Positions 28,334 through 36,694 of a DNA stretch of 64,000 bases are shown here, one piece after another. Both the position numbers and the translations under genes were made by a program. Position 1 is the first letter of the stretch; every line of letters begins with the position of its first letter. The notes beneath the pieces were generated by a model. That model saw only the letters and a program-made list of their open reading frames with translations, was not told where the DNA came from and searched no databases. This DNA comes from Candidatus Aenigmatarchaeota archaeon. Its GTDB lineage: Archaea; Aenigmatarchaeota; Aenigmatarchaeia; QMZP01; QMZT01. The stretch covers positions 930 through 64,929 of the forward strand of contig JAZDFI010000007.1 in NCBI GenBank assembly GCA_043808015.1, written 5' to 3'.

Positions 28334-28504
28334 TACGTCTTGGATTTCTCCGGGCTGGCCCACTTTATGTTTTTCTCCGCCCTGCCCATTTTCCAGTTCT
28401 TATGGCACTTGGAGCCACAGAAGTAAAATATGCGTCCGTCGTTGCGAACGTACATCTTTCCCGTCCCTCTCGCCATGTTTGTCTTGCACATCGAGCATTT
28501 CATG
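28334..28504 (-). CDS. rpl24e: Ribosomal protein L24e
   Basis: MKCSMCKTNMARGTGKMYVRNDGRIFYFCGSKCHKNW is the C4 zinc-ribbon L24e signature. Not in ORF track (56 aa). Confidence 0.8.
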
Positions 28505-28520
28505 TTTTCACTTTCCCGGC

Positions 28521-28718
28521 TTAACCGGACATCCTGCCTGAGGCGTCCATCTCGGTGTCTTTGAGCAATATGATGTCGCCTTTCCTTATCGGGCCGGAGA
28601 CGTTGCGCATCAGAACCTTGCCTTTATCCCTGCCTTCAAGGACTTTGCAGCGGACTTTGGTTACGCCTTTTACTCCAAGCTTCTCCAATACCTGAATGAT
28701 TTCAGCAGTAACTACCAT
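28521..28718 (-). CDS. rps28e: Ribosomal protein S28e
   Basis: [48 protein letters not shown] matches S28e throughout. Confidence 0.9.
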   Translation of the reverse strand: MVVTAEIIQVLEKLGVKGVTKVRCKVLEGRDKGKVLMRNVSGPIRKGDIILLKDTEMDASGRMSG

Positions 28719-28729
28719 GGTTCATCCTC

Positions 28730-29107
28730 TTAAGCCTGAACGGCGTGTCCTTCAAGCTTCCTTTTTATGTCGTCGACGAGCTTCTTCGAGTCTCCCACCT
28801 CTTCGATGGCGATGCTCGAGGTGCCGACTTCAAGGCCCGCGGCCTTGCCAAGTTCGAGTTTAGAAGGCACTTCAACGCAAAGAACTTTCTTCTCGTTGCA
28901 AATCACGGGAAGGTGCATTACGACTTCTTCTGGCGTCACATCCGTCGCGAGTATGACCATCTTGGCCATGCCGCGCTCTATGCACTTTGTCGTCTCATTG
29001 ACGCCTTTTCTCAGTTTGCCCGTGCTGCTTGCAGCTTCTATCGCTTCGTAAATCTTGTCCGTAAGATCCTTGGATATCTCGATTTTCACGAATTTTGCCA
29101 TATTCAT
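28730..29107 (-). CDS. rpl7ae: Ribosomal protein L7Ae (K-turn binding)
   Basis: GKLRKGVNETTKCIERGMAKMVILATDVTPEEVVMHLPVICNEKKV is the L7Ae/L30e/Nhp2 core. Start may be 29101 (MAKF). Confidence 0.9.
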   Translation of the reverse strand: MNMAKFVKIEISKDLTDKIYEAIEAASSTGKLRKGVNETTKCIERGMAKMVILATDVTPEEVVMHLPVICNEKKVLCVEVPSKLELGKAAGLEVGTSSIAIEEVGDSKKLVDDIKRKLEGHAVQA

Positions 29108-29287
29108 CCCTCCTCGCTGCCCGCTTTCTTCGACAGACGGCTTGGATTTAAGTCCCAGGCCGTCATACGCCAGCGAACAACTCAGTCATATATTAATACA
29201 CTAATTAATGCTGTATTGTATTTAAATATATCGCCCTACAATTATTGTAAATCACCGGTTAGCGTTACCGGACCAGAGAGGATAAAT

Positions 29288-29473
29288 ATGAAAAGCGAAA
29301 CCAGCGCGGATTCAATGAAATGCTCAAGCTGCGGCGTCAGGATAGAGAACCAGAAGAACTGGGTCCAGTTCGAGTGCCCCGGCTGCGGCAAGGCGAAGAT
29401 AATAAGGTGCGAGAAGTGCAGGAGCCTCATGAACGTTTACGAGTGCTCGAACTGCAGTTTCAGGGGCCCTTAA
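29288..29473 (+). CDS. Zinc-ribbon protein (61 aa), conserved partner of EF-1beta
   Basis: Three CxxC pairs (CSSCG, CPGCG, CEKC...CSNC). GAGG SD 6 nt upstream. Confidence 0.6.
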   Translation: MKSETSADSMKCSSCGVRIENQKNWVQFECPGCGKAKIIRCEKCRSLMNVYECSNCSFRGP

Positions 29474-29521
29474 GCGCTCGCGCCTGAATTCGGATTTTAT
29501 AATACTTGTGAGGTGTTTCAG

Positions 29522-29773
29522 ATGGGAGACGTAATAGTTGTTTTCAGGATAACGCCGGATGACATGATTCATTTCGATAAAATTAAGCACGAGCTGGAGA
29601 AGTTCAAGCCGCAGCGCCTCGAAGAGGAGCCGCTTGCCTTCGGCATCAAGGCGTGGAAGTTCACAATAATAATACCCGACGCAGAGGGGACGCTTCCGGC
29701 CATGGAAGAAAAGCTCGCGAAAATCAGCGGCGTGCAGAACGCCGAAACCGTCGAGATTTCAAGAAGCCTTTGA
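29522..29773 (+). CDS. ef1b: Translation elongation factor 1-beta (aEF-1B)
   Basis: MGDVIVVFRITPDD...EEEPLAFGIKAWKFTIIIPDAEG matches aEF-1beta (89-aa family). Start at ATG 29522 (track 29513 is GTG). Confidence 0.85.
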   Translation: MGDVIVVFRITPDDMIHFDKIKHELEKFKPQRLEEEPLAFGIKAWKFTIIIPDAEGTLPAMEEKLAKISGVQNAETVEISRSL

Positions 29774-29840
29774 GCCACGCTTAGACTTTATCGCGGCATT
29801 TTTCTGCTTTTTTAAACCCACTTGAACCAATATATTCTAT

Positions 29841-30785
29841 ATGAAATTCAGTAAAATCTCAGGCATGATATTGTTCATCCTTGCTCTTAATTGTTTCATC
29901 TTGCCTGTAAATGCTTTAAACCTAGATTACTATGGCATAGAGAGCCGCGTTCAGGAAGATACGACCGTTTCGAACGTCGTTACGCTTACGATGGACCAGA
30001 ATGTCACCAATTTCGAATACAAAATGAAATACATGGCGTTAAACCTAAATTTCGAGTCCGACCAGTCTCCAATCGACTGCCAGACCAAGGTGACGGACAC
30101 GACGCTCATCTCGTGCAGTTTCGTAAACCCCAGGCCGGGTGTGAAGGCGAACGTCAGGATAACTTTCGAGGCGACAGGCCTCGTGGAAAAGAAAAACGAT
30201 GATTACCAGTTCTCCAATTTCGTCTCGATGGATGCGAACGCGAAAAGGTTCTTCAACGTTATCTACCTGCCGACGTCGTCGTCGCTCGCTACAGACATCT
30301 CGAACGAATCGTTCTCGCCGCGCAACGGCAAAACGCTTAGCGACGGCAAGCACATAATGGTCTACTGGGACAAGGAGAACGTCGAAGCGGGCGATGACCT
30401 GTATTTCTCCGCGACCTACAGGACAGCGGCCGCCAACATGATGGGCGTTTACGGCGTGGGCATAATGGTCGTGATAGCGGTCGTGATAATCGCTTCGCTG
30501 GGCATGTATTACGTGCGCTCGATCCGCAGGCAGGATTCCGTAAAGGTGGTCATGCCTCTGCTCAAGAGGGACGAGAAGATGATCGTCGACATCATGAGAA
30601 AGCACGGCGACACCGTCAACCAGAAGATCATCGTGCGCGAAAGCGATTTCTCGAAGGCCAAGGTTTCGAGAATAATCGCCGACCTGAAGGAGCGCGAAGT
30701 CGTCGAAGTGGAAAGCATGGGCAGGACCAACAAGATAACGCTGAAAATAAAGAAGTGGACAAAAGAAGACAATAAGCCGCAATAA
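29841..30785 (+). CDS. Membrane-anchored putative transcription regulator: signal peptide, extracellular domain, TM, cytoplasmic winged-HTH
   Basis: Signal ILFILALNCFILPVNA. TM GVGIMVVIAVVIIASLGMYY. C-terminal EKMIVDIMRKHGDTVNQKIIVRESDFSKAKVSRIIADLKEREVVE is a MarR/TrmB-like wHTH. Confidence 0.5.
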   Translation: MKFSKISGMILFILALNCFILPVNALNLDYYGIESRVQEDTTVSNVVTLTMDQNVTNFEYKMKYMALNLNFESDQSPIDCQTKVTDTTLISCSFVNPRPGVKANVRITFEATGLVEKKNDDYQFSNFVSMDANAKRFFNVIYLPTSSSLATDISNESFSPRNGKTLSDGKHIMVYWDKENVEAGDDLYFSATYRTAAANMMGVYGVGIMVVIAVVIIASLGMYYVRSIRRQDSVKVVMPLLKRDEKMIVDIMRKHGDTVNQKIIVRESDFSKAKVSRIIADLKEREVVEVESMGRTNKITLKIKKWTKEDNKPQ

Positions 30786-30787
30786 AA

Positions 30788-31657
30788 CTATTTGCTTTTT
30801 TCCTTCATGCTCTTGACGAGATCCGCCAGCGAGCGCATCGATTCGAGCATCGGTGACAAAGAGTCTTTAAGTGCCTTCTCCATCGATTCCATCCGGCCGT
30901 TTATCTCGTCCATGTTCCTGGAGTAGCCGTCTATCTTGCCCTCGATGCCCTTTACCTCATTGCTCTTTTCCATGCGCACCCTGTTCATCTCATCCGAAAT
31001 CGAGTCGACTTTTCTGGTCACCTGCTGGAACTGCATGTCTATCGCCTTGAAGTGTTCCTTGAGCTCGCGCAGCTTCTCCTCGACTATGACTTCGGCGAGC
31101 TCCTCGATTTCGCGCCTGTCAACACCCTTCGTCTGGCCTCTCATGCCCATTGCCGGCGCGGGCCTTCTCGGGGCGGGCTCGTTGAAGTAATCGCCTTCCG
31201 GCATGTCAGGGTATTGCGGCTCTCTCTGTTCCGCCGGCGAATCGTAAGGCGGCGGCGTTATGTCATCATCGTCCATGTCGGCTCCCGGATAGGCAAGTCC
31301 CTTGGGTATTTCCTCCCTTTCCGGCGCCTCTTCCGGCGGAGGCCCTAATGACGCCTCGCCGTATTCGTTGACCATGGGTTTGTTGTTGTAGAAGTTGCCG
31401 GAGACCCTGCTGCGCAGCGCCTCCTTCATGGCCTGGTCTATCTCGCCCGTGGCATACCCTTCTCTTCGAAGATTCCTTATTATGTCGGGCTCCGACATCC
31501 CCCTCGACGACCATGCCCTCACCTCATCGGTGGGTACGATGCGCCTTTCGGGGGGACCTCTCGCAGGGGCCGGCGGACCGAAAGCTTCGCCACCCATGCC
31601 CGGTGGGCCTTTACTCTTTTTTTTGCCGCCAAAAGGATTAAGATTCACTGCGAACAC
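30788..31657 (-). CDS. Pro-rich / coiled-coil protein
   Basis: N-terminal G/P-rich low complexity, acidic middle, C-terminal about 110-aa heptad-repeat region. Track start is GTG. ATG alternatives at 31597 and 31498. Confidence 0.45.
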   Translation of the reverse strand: MFAVNLNPFGGKKKSKGPPGMGGEAFGPPAPARGPPERRIVPTDEVRAWSSRGMSEPDIIRNLRREGYATGEIDQAMKEALRSRVSGNFYNNKPMVNEYGEASLGPPPEEAPEREEIPKGLAYPGADMDDDDITPPPYDSPAEQREPQYPDMPEGDYFNEPAPRRPAPAMGMRGQTKGVDRREIEELAEVIVEEKLRELKEHFKAIDMQFQQVTRKVDSISDEMNRVRMEKSNEVKGIEGKIDGYSRNMDEINGRMESMEKALKDSLSPMLESMRSLADLVKSMKEKSK

Positions 31658-31695
31658 CCCGTCTATTATATTCTTTGTAGCATCCTCTTAAAATA

Positions 31696-32094
31696 CTATT
31701 TTGAAAGCTTTTCCTCGACAAACCTTTCCATCTCTTCCCTGGTGACGAAACTCGATTTCATCGGGTCGTATATCGAGACGAGCTGCTTAAGCTCATCGAG
31801 ATTCGCCCTGGTGGCGACGAGCTTCAGCTGCTTGAGTATCTCCTTGTACGCGGTCTCTATCTTCTCTATCCTATCGTCTATCTGGGATATGGTCGTGTTC
31901 TTGTCCGAGAGCTCCTTCTGCATGTTCTTGGTGTAAGAAACGACGTTCTGCTCGGCGGAATTTATCCTGAGGTCGGCCGCCTGCATCTTTTGCTCTATGA
32001 CCCTCAGCCGCTGCACGTTCTCGTTGACCCTGTTTATCAGGTCCACCATTATCCTTTCCTGTTTCTCGTCTGGCGATTTGCCGAAAACAGCCAT
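31696..32094 (-). CDS. Coiled-coil protein (132 aa)
   Basis: Heptad-rich throughout. Start at internal ATG (MAVFGKSPDEK). Tandem with the preceding coiled-coil gene. Confidence 0.45.
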   Translation of the reverse strand: MAVFGKSPDEKQERIMVDLINRVNENVQRLRVIEQKMQAADLRINSAEQNVVSYTKNMQKELSDKNTTISQIDDRIEKIETAYKEILKQLKLVATRANLDELKQLVSIYDPMKSSFVTREEMERFVEEKLSK

Positions 32095-32184
32095 ATTTAG
32101 ATTATATCCCGGTTTATTAATAAATCCGGAAAAAGGCGGGTTATGACAATACGCAAATAAAAAATTACATGCGAGTAGTTGTAA

Positions 32185-32448
32185 ATGGACGTTTTCATCC
32201 ATTCCAATAGCGACTTGAAATGCCTGGGAAAATACACAGGCTACAACGCCGCCTTCAACTACAAGCCGCCGTTCGCGAAAGAAATTAATGTCGAGGGAAG
32301 GCTGCTTGGAGCGGGCAGGTCTTACAATCCATTCAGAAAATACCCGGCGCTCAGTGTCGAGATGAAGGATGGCGGCACCAGAAGGTTTTACGCCGGCCGG
32401 ATAAAGGACAGCGGCTTATATTACATGAGCCTCTGGAGCGGCTTCTGA
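32185..32448 (+). CDS. Hypothetical small protein
   Basis: 87 aa ORF, no family recognised. Confidence 0.3.
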   Translation: MDVFIHSNSDLKCLGKYTGYNAAFNYKPPFAKEINVEGRLLGAGRSYNPFRKYPALSVEMKDGGTRRFYAGRIKDSGLYYMSLWSGF

Positions 32449-32461
32449 CACAACTAGCGAT

Positions 32462-33409
32462 TCACTGGAAATAAACTATCTTGTGTATTTTGGAATAGAT
32501 GAAATAGTTGACTTCTCTTATCTCGTCACCGAAAAGCGACCTCATCTCCTTGAGTATGTTCTGGAAATCTATGTGGTTCGCCACCAGAATCTCGACTTCA
32601 AAATCCGCAAAGACGACAGTTTCATCCATGTAAACAATGTTCGGATGGGCGTTGGCGTACTGGACCATCTCCTCGTATTTTTCGCGGTCCTTGAGTTTCA
32701 GGTTCAGCTTATAGAGGCAGTAGCCTATTTTCTCTGAGTTTATTTTGGCCCTGAATCCCTTTATGACGCCGTCCCTCACCAGCTTCTGTATCTGGTATCT
32801 CACTATGCCCGGAGTGTATCCCGTCGCCCTCGCAATCTCCGTCTCGGAAAGCCTGGCCTTCGCGCCCAGTATCCTGAGTATATTTTCCGCCTTCGCGTTT
32901 ATGTGGACTTTGCCCTGGTTGCTGCCTATCTGACTGATTATCTTTCTTTCACCGTTGAGGAAGCCGTAGCTGTGGTCGTAAGCCCTGGTATACGGCGTGA
33001 GTATGTAACGGTTGACATGTCTCTGGTAAATGGACATGAAGCTTATCCAGAAGTCCCTCAGCTCGTAAATGTTTTTTGTCCACAGGACGAAGCCCAGGTC
33101 CCATTCCCCGTCAATGCTGCCGGCCCACCAGACGCAGTGGTTTCTGACCAGAAAATTTATCATTTTCTTCTCGAGCTCGGGGTTCACAAGATGCCACTTG
33201 AAATAACCCTTGTATCCCTGATATCCGAGCCTCGTTGTATCTATGACCGTGAAGAAGCCTTCTATTATCCCGTTTTTCAGCATATTCTTGATTCTGTAGT
33301 TGACTATCGACTTGTTTATTCTGAGTCGTCGGGCTATGTCCGTGTTGGTCCGCCTGCAATTGCGGTCCAGTTCGAACAGTATCTTTTTGTCCGTGGCGTC
33401 GAGCTGCAT
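32462..33409 (-). CDS. Tandem Lrp/AsnC-type HTH transcriptional regulator
   Basis: Two HTH_AsnC-like segments (KKILFELDRNCRRTNTDIARRLRINKSIVNYRIKNM and ENILRILGAKARLSETEIARATGYTPGIVRYQIQKL). Divergent from the radical SAM gene. Confidence 0.65.
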   Translation of the reverse strand: MQLDATDKKILFELDRNCRRTNTDIARRLRINKSIVNYRIKNMLKNGIIEGFFTVIDTTRLGYQGYKGYFKWHLVNPELEKKMINFLVRNHCVWWAGSIDGEWDLGFVLWTKNIYELRDFWISFMSIYQRHVNRYILTPYTRAYDHSYGFLNGERKIISQIGSNQGKVHINAKAENILRILGAKARLSETEIARATGYTPGIVRYQIQKLVRDGVIKGFRAKINSEKIGYCLYKLNLKLKDREKYEEMVQYANAHPNIVYMDETVVFADFEVEILVANHIDFQNILKEMRSLFGDEIREVNYFIYSKIHKIVYFQ

Positions 33410-33500
33410 ATTAAATAATTGAAAATGGTATTTAAATGTTTTTAGTTTTGATGCAAAAAATGGCTTAAAAACTTATTAATTTTTAAAAAATAGCCTAACA

Positions 33501-34886
33501 ATGAAAGTGCTCGCCGTCAACGCGCCGAACGTTCCCAACACCGACCGCGACATCCTGATGCCGCAGATAGACCTGATGCAGGGAGCGGGCCTGCTCGAAA
33601 GGCTGGGCCACGAGGTCGCTTTCTACGACATGGATGCCAAGAGGCACGACGAGGCGGACCTGCAGAATAAGCTCGTGGATTACAAGCCGGATTTCATGTA
33701 CATGCTTTTCGACGAGGTGGTGCAGATACATTCCCACGAAGGCCTCGACGAGGCGATGAAGATGTCAAAGGCCGCCAGAAAGACCGGGACAAAGGTGCTG
33801 ATGGGCGGCACGATACCGAGCTTTTTTCACGAGCGCATACTCGGGCGCGGCGAAGCCGACGCGGTCCTCATAGGGCCGCCGGGGCCGGCGCTGCTCGAGC
33901 TTTTTTCAGATTCGAAGGCTGGATTCGAAGGCAAGCGCAGGCTGGCCCGCCTACAGAACGGAAAAGTTGCGGGACCGGGCATAATGGAAAAATGGCTCAC
34001 CGAAGGGTTCACGCTGGACGAAAGCTACGGCCTCGCCGCGAGGCATCTCGTCGACGAGTCGGACTATCCCATCGACGTGAGATCCATCGCGACCAGCAGG
34101 GGATGCAGGCCGAGGGGCAAAGGCTGCAGCTTCTGCCCTTATTCGACTTTCTGGGGAGCGAGAAAGGAGTTCTCTACAGAGCACGTCCTCCGCGACATAG
34201 GCCAGGTCCTGGAGCGCGGCCATGGAAAAATAATTTTGCTCGATTCCACATTCACGTACAATCCGGAGAGCATGAAAAGGATGGCGGAAGGCATAGTTGA
34301 AAGGGGCTACAAGGTAAAATTCGGCGACCTCAGCAGGGCGGACATGGACCTCAGATACCTTGACGCGCTGCAGAAAGCCGGCCTGTCGTTCATACACTAC
34401 GGTGTGGAATCAGGAGACGACGCCACTCTTTACGAGCTGAGAAAGGGCATCACGACGGACCAGATAAGGCACGCGTTCGACGAGGCGAAGCAGAGGGGCC
34501 TCCGGACAAGAGCCTCCATAATAATAGACGCCGGCAAAACCAGAACGTCCGTGGACAGAACCGTCGACCTGATGCTGGAAGTGAAACCCGATGAAATAAA
34601 GGCGCACTTCCTTTCGCCGCGCATCTATTCAGAGCACGGCAAGGAAATAACGTGGGACAGGCAGAGCATATTCGGCGACAAAACAACTGTGGAAAACCCG
34701 ATAAAGGAATACGCCCGCGAAAGGCTTGACGGCATGTGCAGCGAGCTTGGGAAGGAAGGCTATGTCCAATTGCTTGATTCTTATGCTGCCCCGGGGTTCT
34801 GGAAAGGCCTCTGGGAGAAGGGGGAGATGGGCGAAAATGTCAGGTTCATATCCGTTGCGCCGGCAAGATACGGCATCTGCTGGTAG
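33501..34886 (+). CDS. B12-binding-domain radical SAM protein
   Basis: N-terminal Rossmann-like B12-binding-type region. Cys cluster CRPRGKGCSFC (Cx6CxxC variant of the rSAM motif) followed by TIM-barrel-like rSAM core. Confidence 0.7.
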   Translation: MKVLAVNAPNVPNTDRDILMPQIDLMQGAGLLERLGHEVAFYDMDAKRHDEADLQNKLVDYKPDFMYMLFDEVVQIHSHEGLDEAMKMSKAARKTGTKVLMGGTIPSFFHERILGRGEADAVLIGPPGPALLELFSDSKAGFEGKRRLARLQNGKVAGPGIMEKWLTEGFTLDESYGLAARHLVDESDYPIDVRSIATSRGCRPRGKGCSFCPYSTFWGARKEFSTEHVLRDIGQVLERGHGKIILLDSTFTYNPESMKRMAEGIVERGYKVKFGDLSRADMDLRYLDALQKAGLSFIHYGVESGDDATLYELRKGITTDQIRHAFDEAKQRGLRTRASIIIDAGKTRTSVDRTVDLMLEVKPDEIKAHFLSPRIYSEHGKEITWDRQSIFGDKTTVENPIKEYARERLDGMCSELGKEGYVQLLDSYAAPGFWKGLWEKGEMGENVRFISVAPARYGICW

Positions 34887-34979
34887 GCGAATCGCCAAAA
34901 AGAAGGAAGACAAGTGGGAAACGTGCTATTTTTTCATGTGAGCTGCTTTTTGGCGTGACCGTGAAAATATAAAAAGTCA

Positions 34980-35136
34980 TGCGGGAGCAGGGATTCGAAC
35001 CCTGGAAGCTACTAAAGCACTAGGCTTTTCCATGGCTTTTTCAGCCACACCTGAACTTAGCCATACCTAAACTTGGCCATACCAGTCGAAGCGAACTTAG
35101 GTATTCTAGCCCCTTTGACCGCTTGGGTACCCCCGC
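34980..35136 (-). tRNA. Intron-containing tRNA (157 nt), probably type II Leu-like (GCGGGGG acceptor, A73, 3-bp D-stem with GGUCAAAGG loop); anticodon unresolved
   Basis: Perfect acceptor stem GCGGGGG/CUCCCGC, T-arm CAGGG-UUCGAAU-CCCUG, D-arm CCC-AAGCGGUCAAAG-GGG. About 70-nt insertion containing a tandem repeat GGUAUGGCYAAGUU x2. Confidence 0.5.
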
Positions 35137-35178
35137 GATTGTTTCGAGTGATTTTTCACATGGCACATTCGATGCGTC

Positions 35179-35340
35179 TTACTTGAGCCACATTTTTCTG
35201 AGTTTCGCTTTCCTCGTGAGCTCCTCGTCCTCTTCGAAATGCACGCCGCGGCACTTGGCGCATATCATCCTGCCGTTGACGTTCTTGAGGCTCGTGGAAG
35301 GCTCTCCGCACTTGTCGCAGTATTTTTCAAACACGGGCAT
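35179..35340 (-). CDS. Small zinc-ribbon protein (53 aa) not in ORF track
   Basis: MPVFEKYCDKCGEPSTSLKNVNGRMICAKCRGVHFEE has CxxC-x15-CxxC. It is antisense to a spurious track ORF. Confidence 0.45.
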   Translation of the reverse strand: MPVFEKYCDKCGEPSTSLKNVNGRMICAKCRGVHFEEDEELTRKAKLRKMWLK

Positions 35341-35406
35341 TTGCTATCACTGTAGAATACATAGTATTTCACAGTTTAAAAACTTGAGCGCCCGTGACCA
35401 GCGACG

Positions 35407-36174
35407 CTAGAATCTCTTGGCGTTCCACTCGAAAAAATGTTTCGCAAGCGACTTCGCGTCGCGCGGCTCCGCGTCCTTTATCGCGTAGAAATACGCCAGC
35501 AACATCTCGGGCAGATTGTGGTTGCGGCCCTCGCCCTTCAGAAGCATTGAGCGCAGCTCGCCGATGAAAGCGGCCGAGTCAAAGTTTTTTCTTTTCTGCA
35601 CCGCGGAGAATTCCGCGATGTCGTCGCTCCTGACTTTCGCCCTGGCCAGTTTTATCGCACTTCTCCTCGCGAATGCTTTGCGCAATTCAGAATGATGCTT
35701 GTTGTCATTGTAATTGAACGTGTCTATGTAGGACGCTTTTTGTTTTCTCAGCTTCTCAAGGCGGAAGAGAAGCGACTTGAAAAGCTCGCTTTCATGGACG
35801 TTTTTCATCGACGCCAGGATATTGGCCAGCACGTCGCGCGAAAGCGTCTTGCCGCCGTATTTGAAGAATCTGTAATCCCTTTGCCCGAGGGTTTCGGATG
35901 TTATCTTCGGGTAATGCCTGCACGTGTGGGGCTTCGCCGCGTGGCCGTGGCGGCTGTGTATGACGCATAGGTTTTTGCGGTCGAGAAAAATGCATCTCCT
36001 CTTGCCCGGGCTCGTCTTAAGGATTGGCACGTGCCTTGTCTCCAGAAAATCGTCGAGCTTGTAGCCCAGTGAAACGAGCGAGCGGATGTCCTCTTTGGAG
36101 AGCTCGATGTCCAGGCCCGTGCAGCATGCGCCGCAGTTGGTGCACCTGTCGCGACTGCCGCAGCCGTAGTTCAT
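35407..36174 (-). CDS. YkgJ/UPF0153-family Fe-S/Zn-chelating protein (CxxCxxCC)
   Basis: CTNCGACC motif and further Cys/His (CIFLDRKNLCVIHSRHGHAAKPHTCRHYP). Confidence 0.6.
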   Translation of the reverse strand: MNYGCGSRDRCTNCGACCTGLDIELSKEDIRSLVSLGYKLDDFLETRHVPILKTSPGKRRCIFLDRKNLCVIHSRHGHAAKPHTCRHYPKITSETLGQRDYRFFKYGGKTLSRDVLANILASMKNVHESELFKSLLFRLEKLRKQKASYIDTFNYNDNKHHSELRKAFARRSAIKLARAKVRSDDIAEFSAVQKRKNFDSAAFIGELRSMLLKGEGRNHNLPEMLLAYFYAIKDAEPRDAKSLAKHFFEWNAKRF

Positions 36175-36213
36175 GTAATATTATTGTCGTCAAATTTTAA
36201 AAAGAATAAAACA

Positions 36214-36358
36214 TGCCCCGGCCGGGATTTGAACCCGGGTCACCGGCTTTCTTCGTGAAGTCATTGTCTCGCATGGGTCATCCAGCGAAACTCTTACCTT
36301 TCGAGACTTCGAAAAGCACCCGAAAGGCCGGTATCCTTGGCCACTAGACTACCGGGGC
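36214..36358 (-). tRNA. tRNA-Glu(UUC) with about 72-nt intron after position 37
   Basis: Acceptor GCCCCGG/CCGGGGC+A, T-arm CCGGG-UUCAAAU-CCCGG, anticodon stem CCGGC/GCCGG, loop CUUUCG|intron|A. Confidence 0.75.
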
Positions 36359-36444
36359 GTGCCTGATAACAATAATCACTGTGTCTTTTATTTATATATT
36401 GATAAGAGGCGCTGGAAAAAAGCACGTCAAAGCTTTGGAAAAAG

Positions 36445-36517
36445 ATGGGTCCAGCCGGACTCGAACCAGCGATCTTCTGCACGTCAAGCAGACGTCATAG
36501 CCACTAGACCATGGACC
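36445..36517 (-). tRNA. tRNA-Val(GAC), no intron
   Basis: 73 nt cloverleaf: acceptor GGGUCCA/UGGACCC+A, anticodon arm UCUGC-UUGACGU-GCAGA, T-arm GCUGG-UUCGAGU-CCGGC. Confidence 0.8.
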
Positions 36518-36608
36518 CGTGACCAGCGAAGGACGCAGGCAAGCCCGCGTCGAAATGCCGCCGGTTTACAACATATTATTCCAATGCGTTTTTATAAATT
36601 CGGCGTGA

Positions 36609-36680
36609 TGGGCCGGAAGGGAATTGAACCCTTGATCTTCGCCGTGTGAAGGCGACGTCATGCCACTAGACCACCAGCCC
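36609..36680 (-). tRNA. tRNA-Val(CAC), no intron
   Basis: 72 nt: acceptor GGGCUGG/CCGGCCC+A, anticodon arm UCGCC-UUCACAC-GGCGA, T-arm AAGGG-UUCAAUU-CCCUU. Confidence 0.8.
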
Positions 36681-36694
36681 GCCGGCACTATCAA

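Noticed and set aside
28745-29473. 242-aa plus-strand ORF
   Set aside because: The first about 180 codons are antisense to rpl7ae. Only the terminal 61 codons (from ATG 29288, good SD) form the Zn-ribbon gene.
30788-31657. Assignment of the Pro-rich coiled-coil protein to FlaC/D/E, CdvA or ESCRT-III
   Set aside because: No diagnostic motif recognised, so kept as generic coiled coil.
34980-35136. Attempts to assign the anticodon of the 157-nt tRNA (tested UAG, CAG, CGA and ACC placements)
   Set aside because: No placement gave a 5-bp anticodon stem plus canonical 37/38 intron, so the isotype is left as Leu-like on acceptor/discriminator/D-arm grounds only.
35123-35410. 95-aa plus-strand ORF
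   Set aside because: Antisense to a much more convincing 53-aa CxxC zinc-ribbon ORF. Ser-rich and low complexity.
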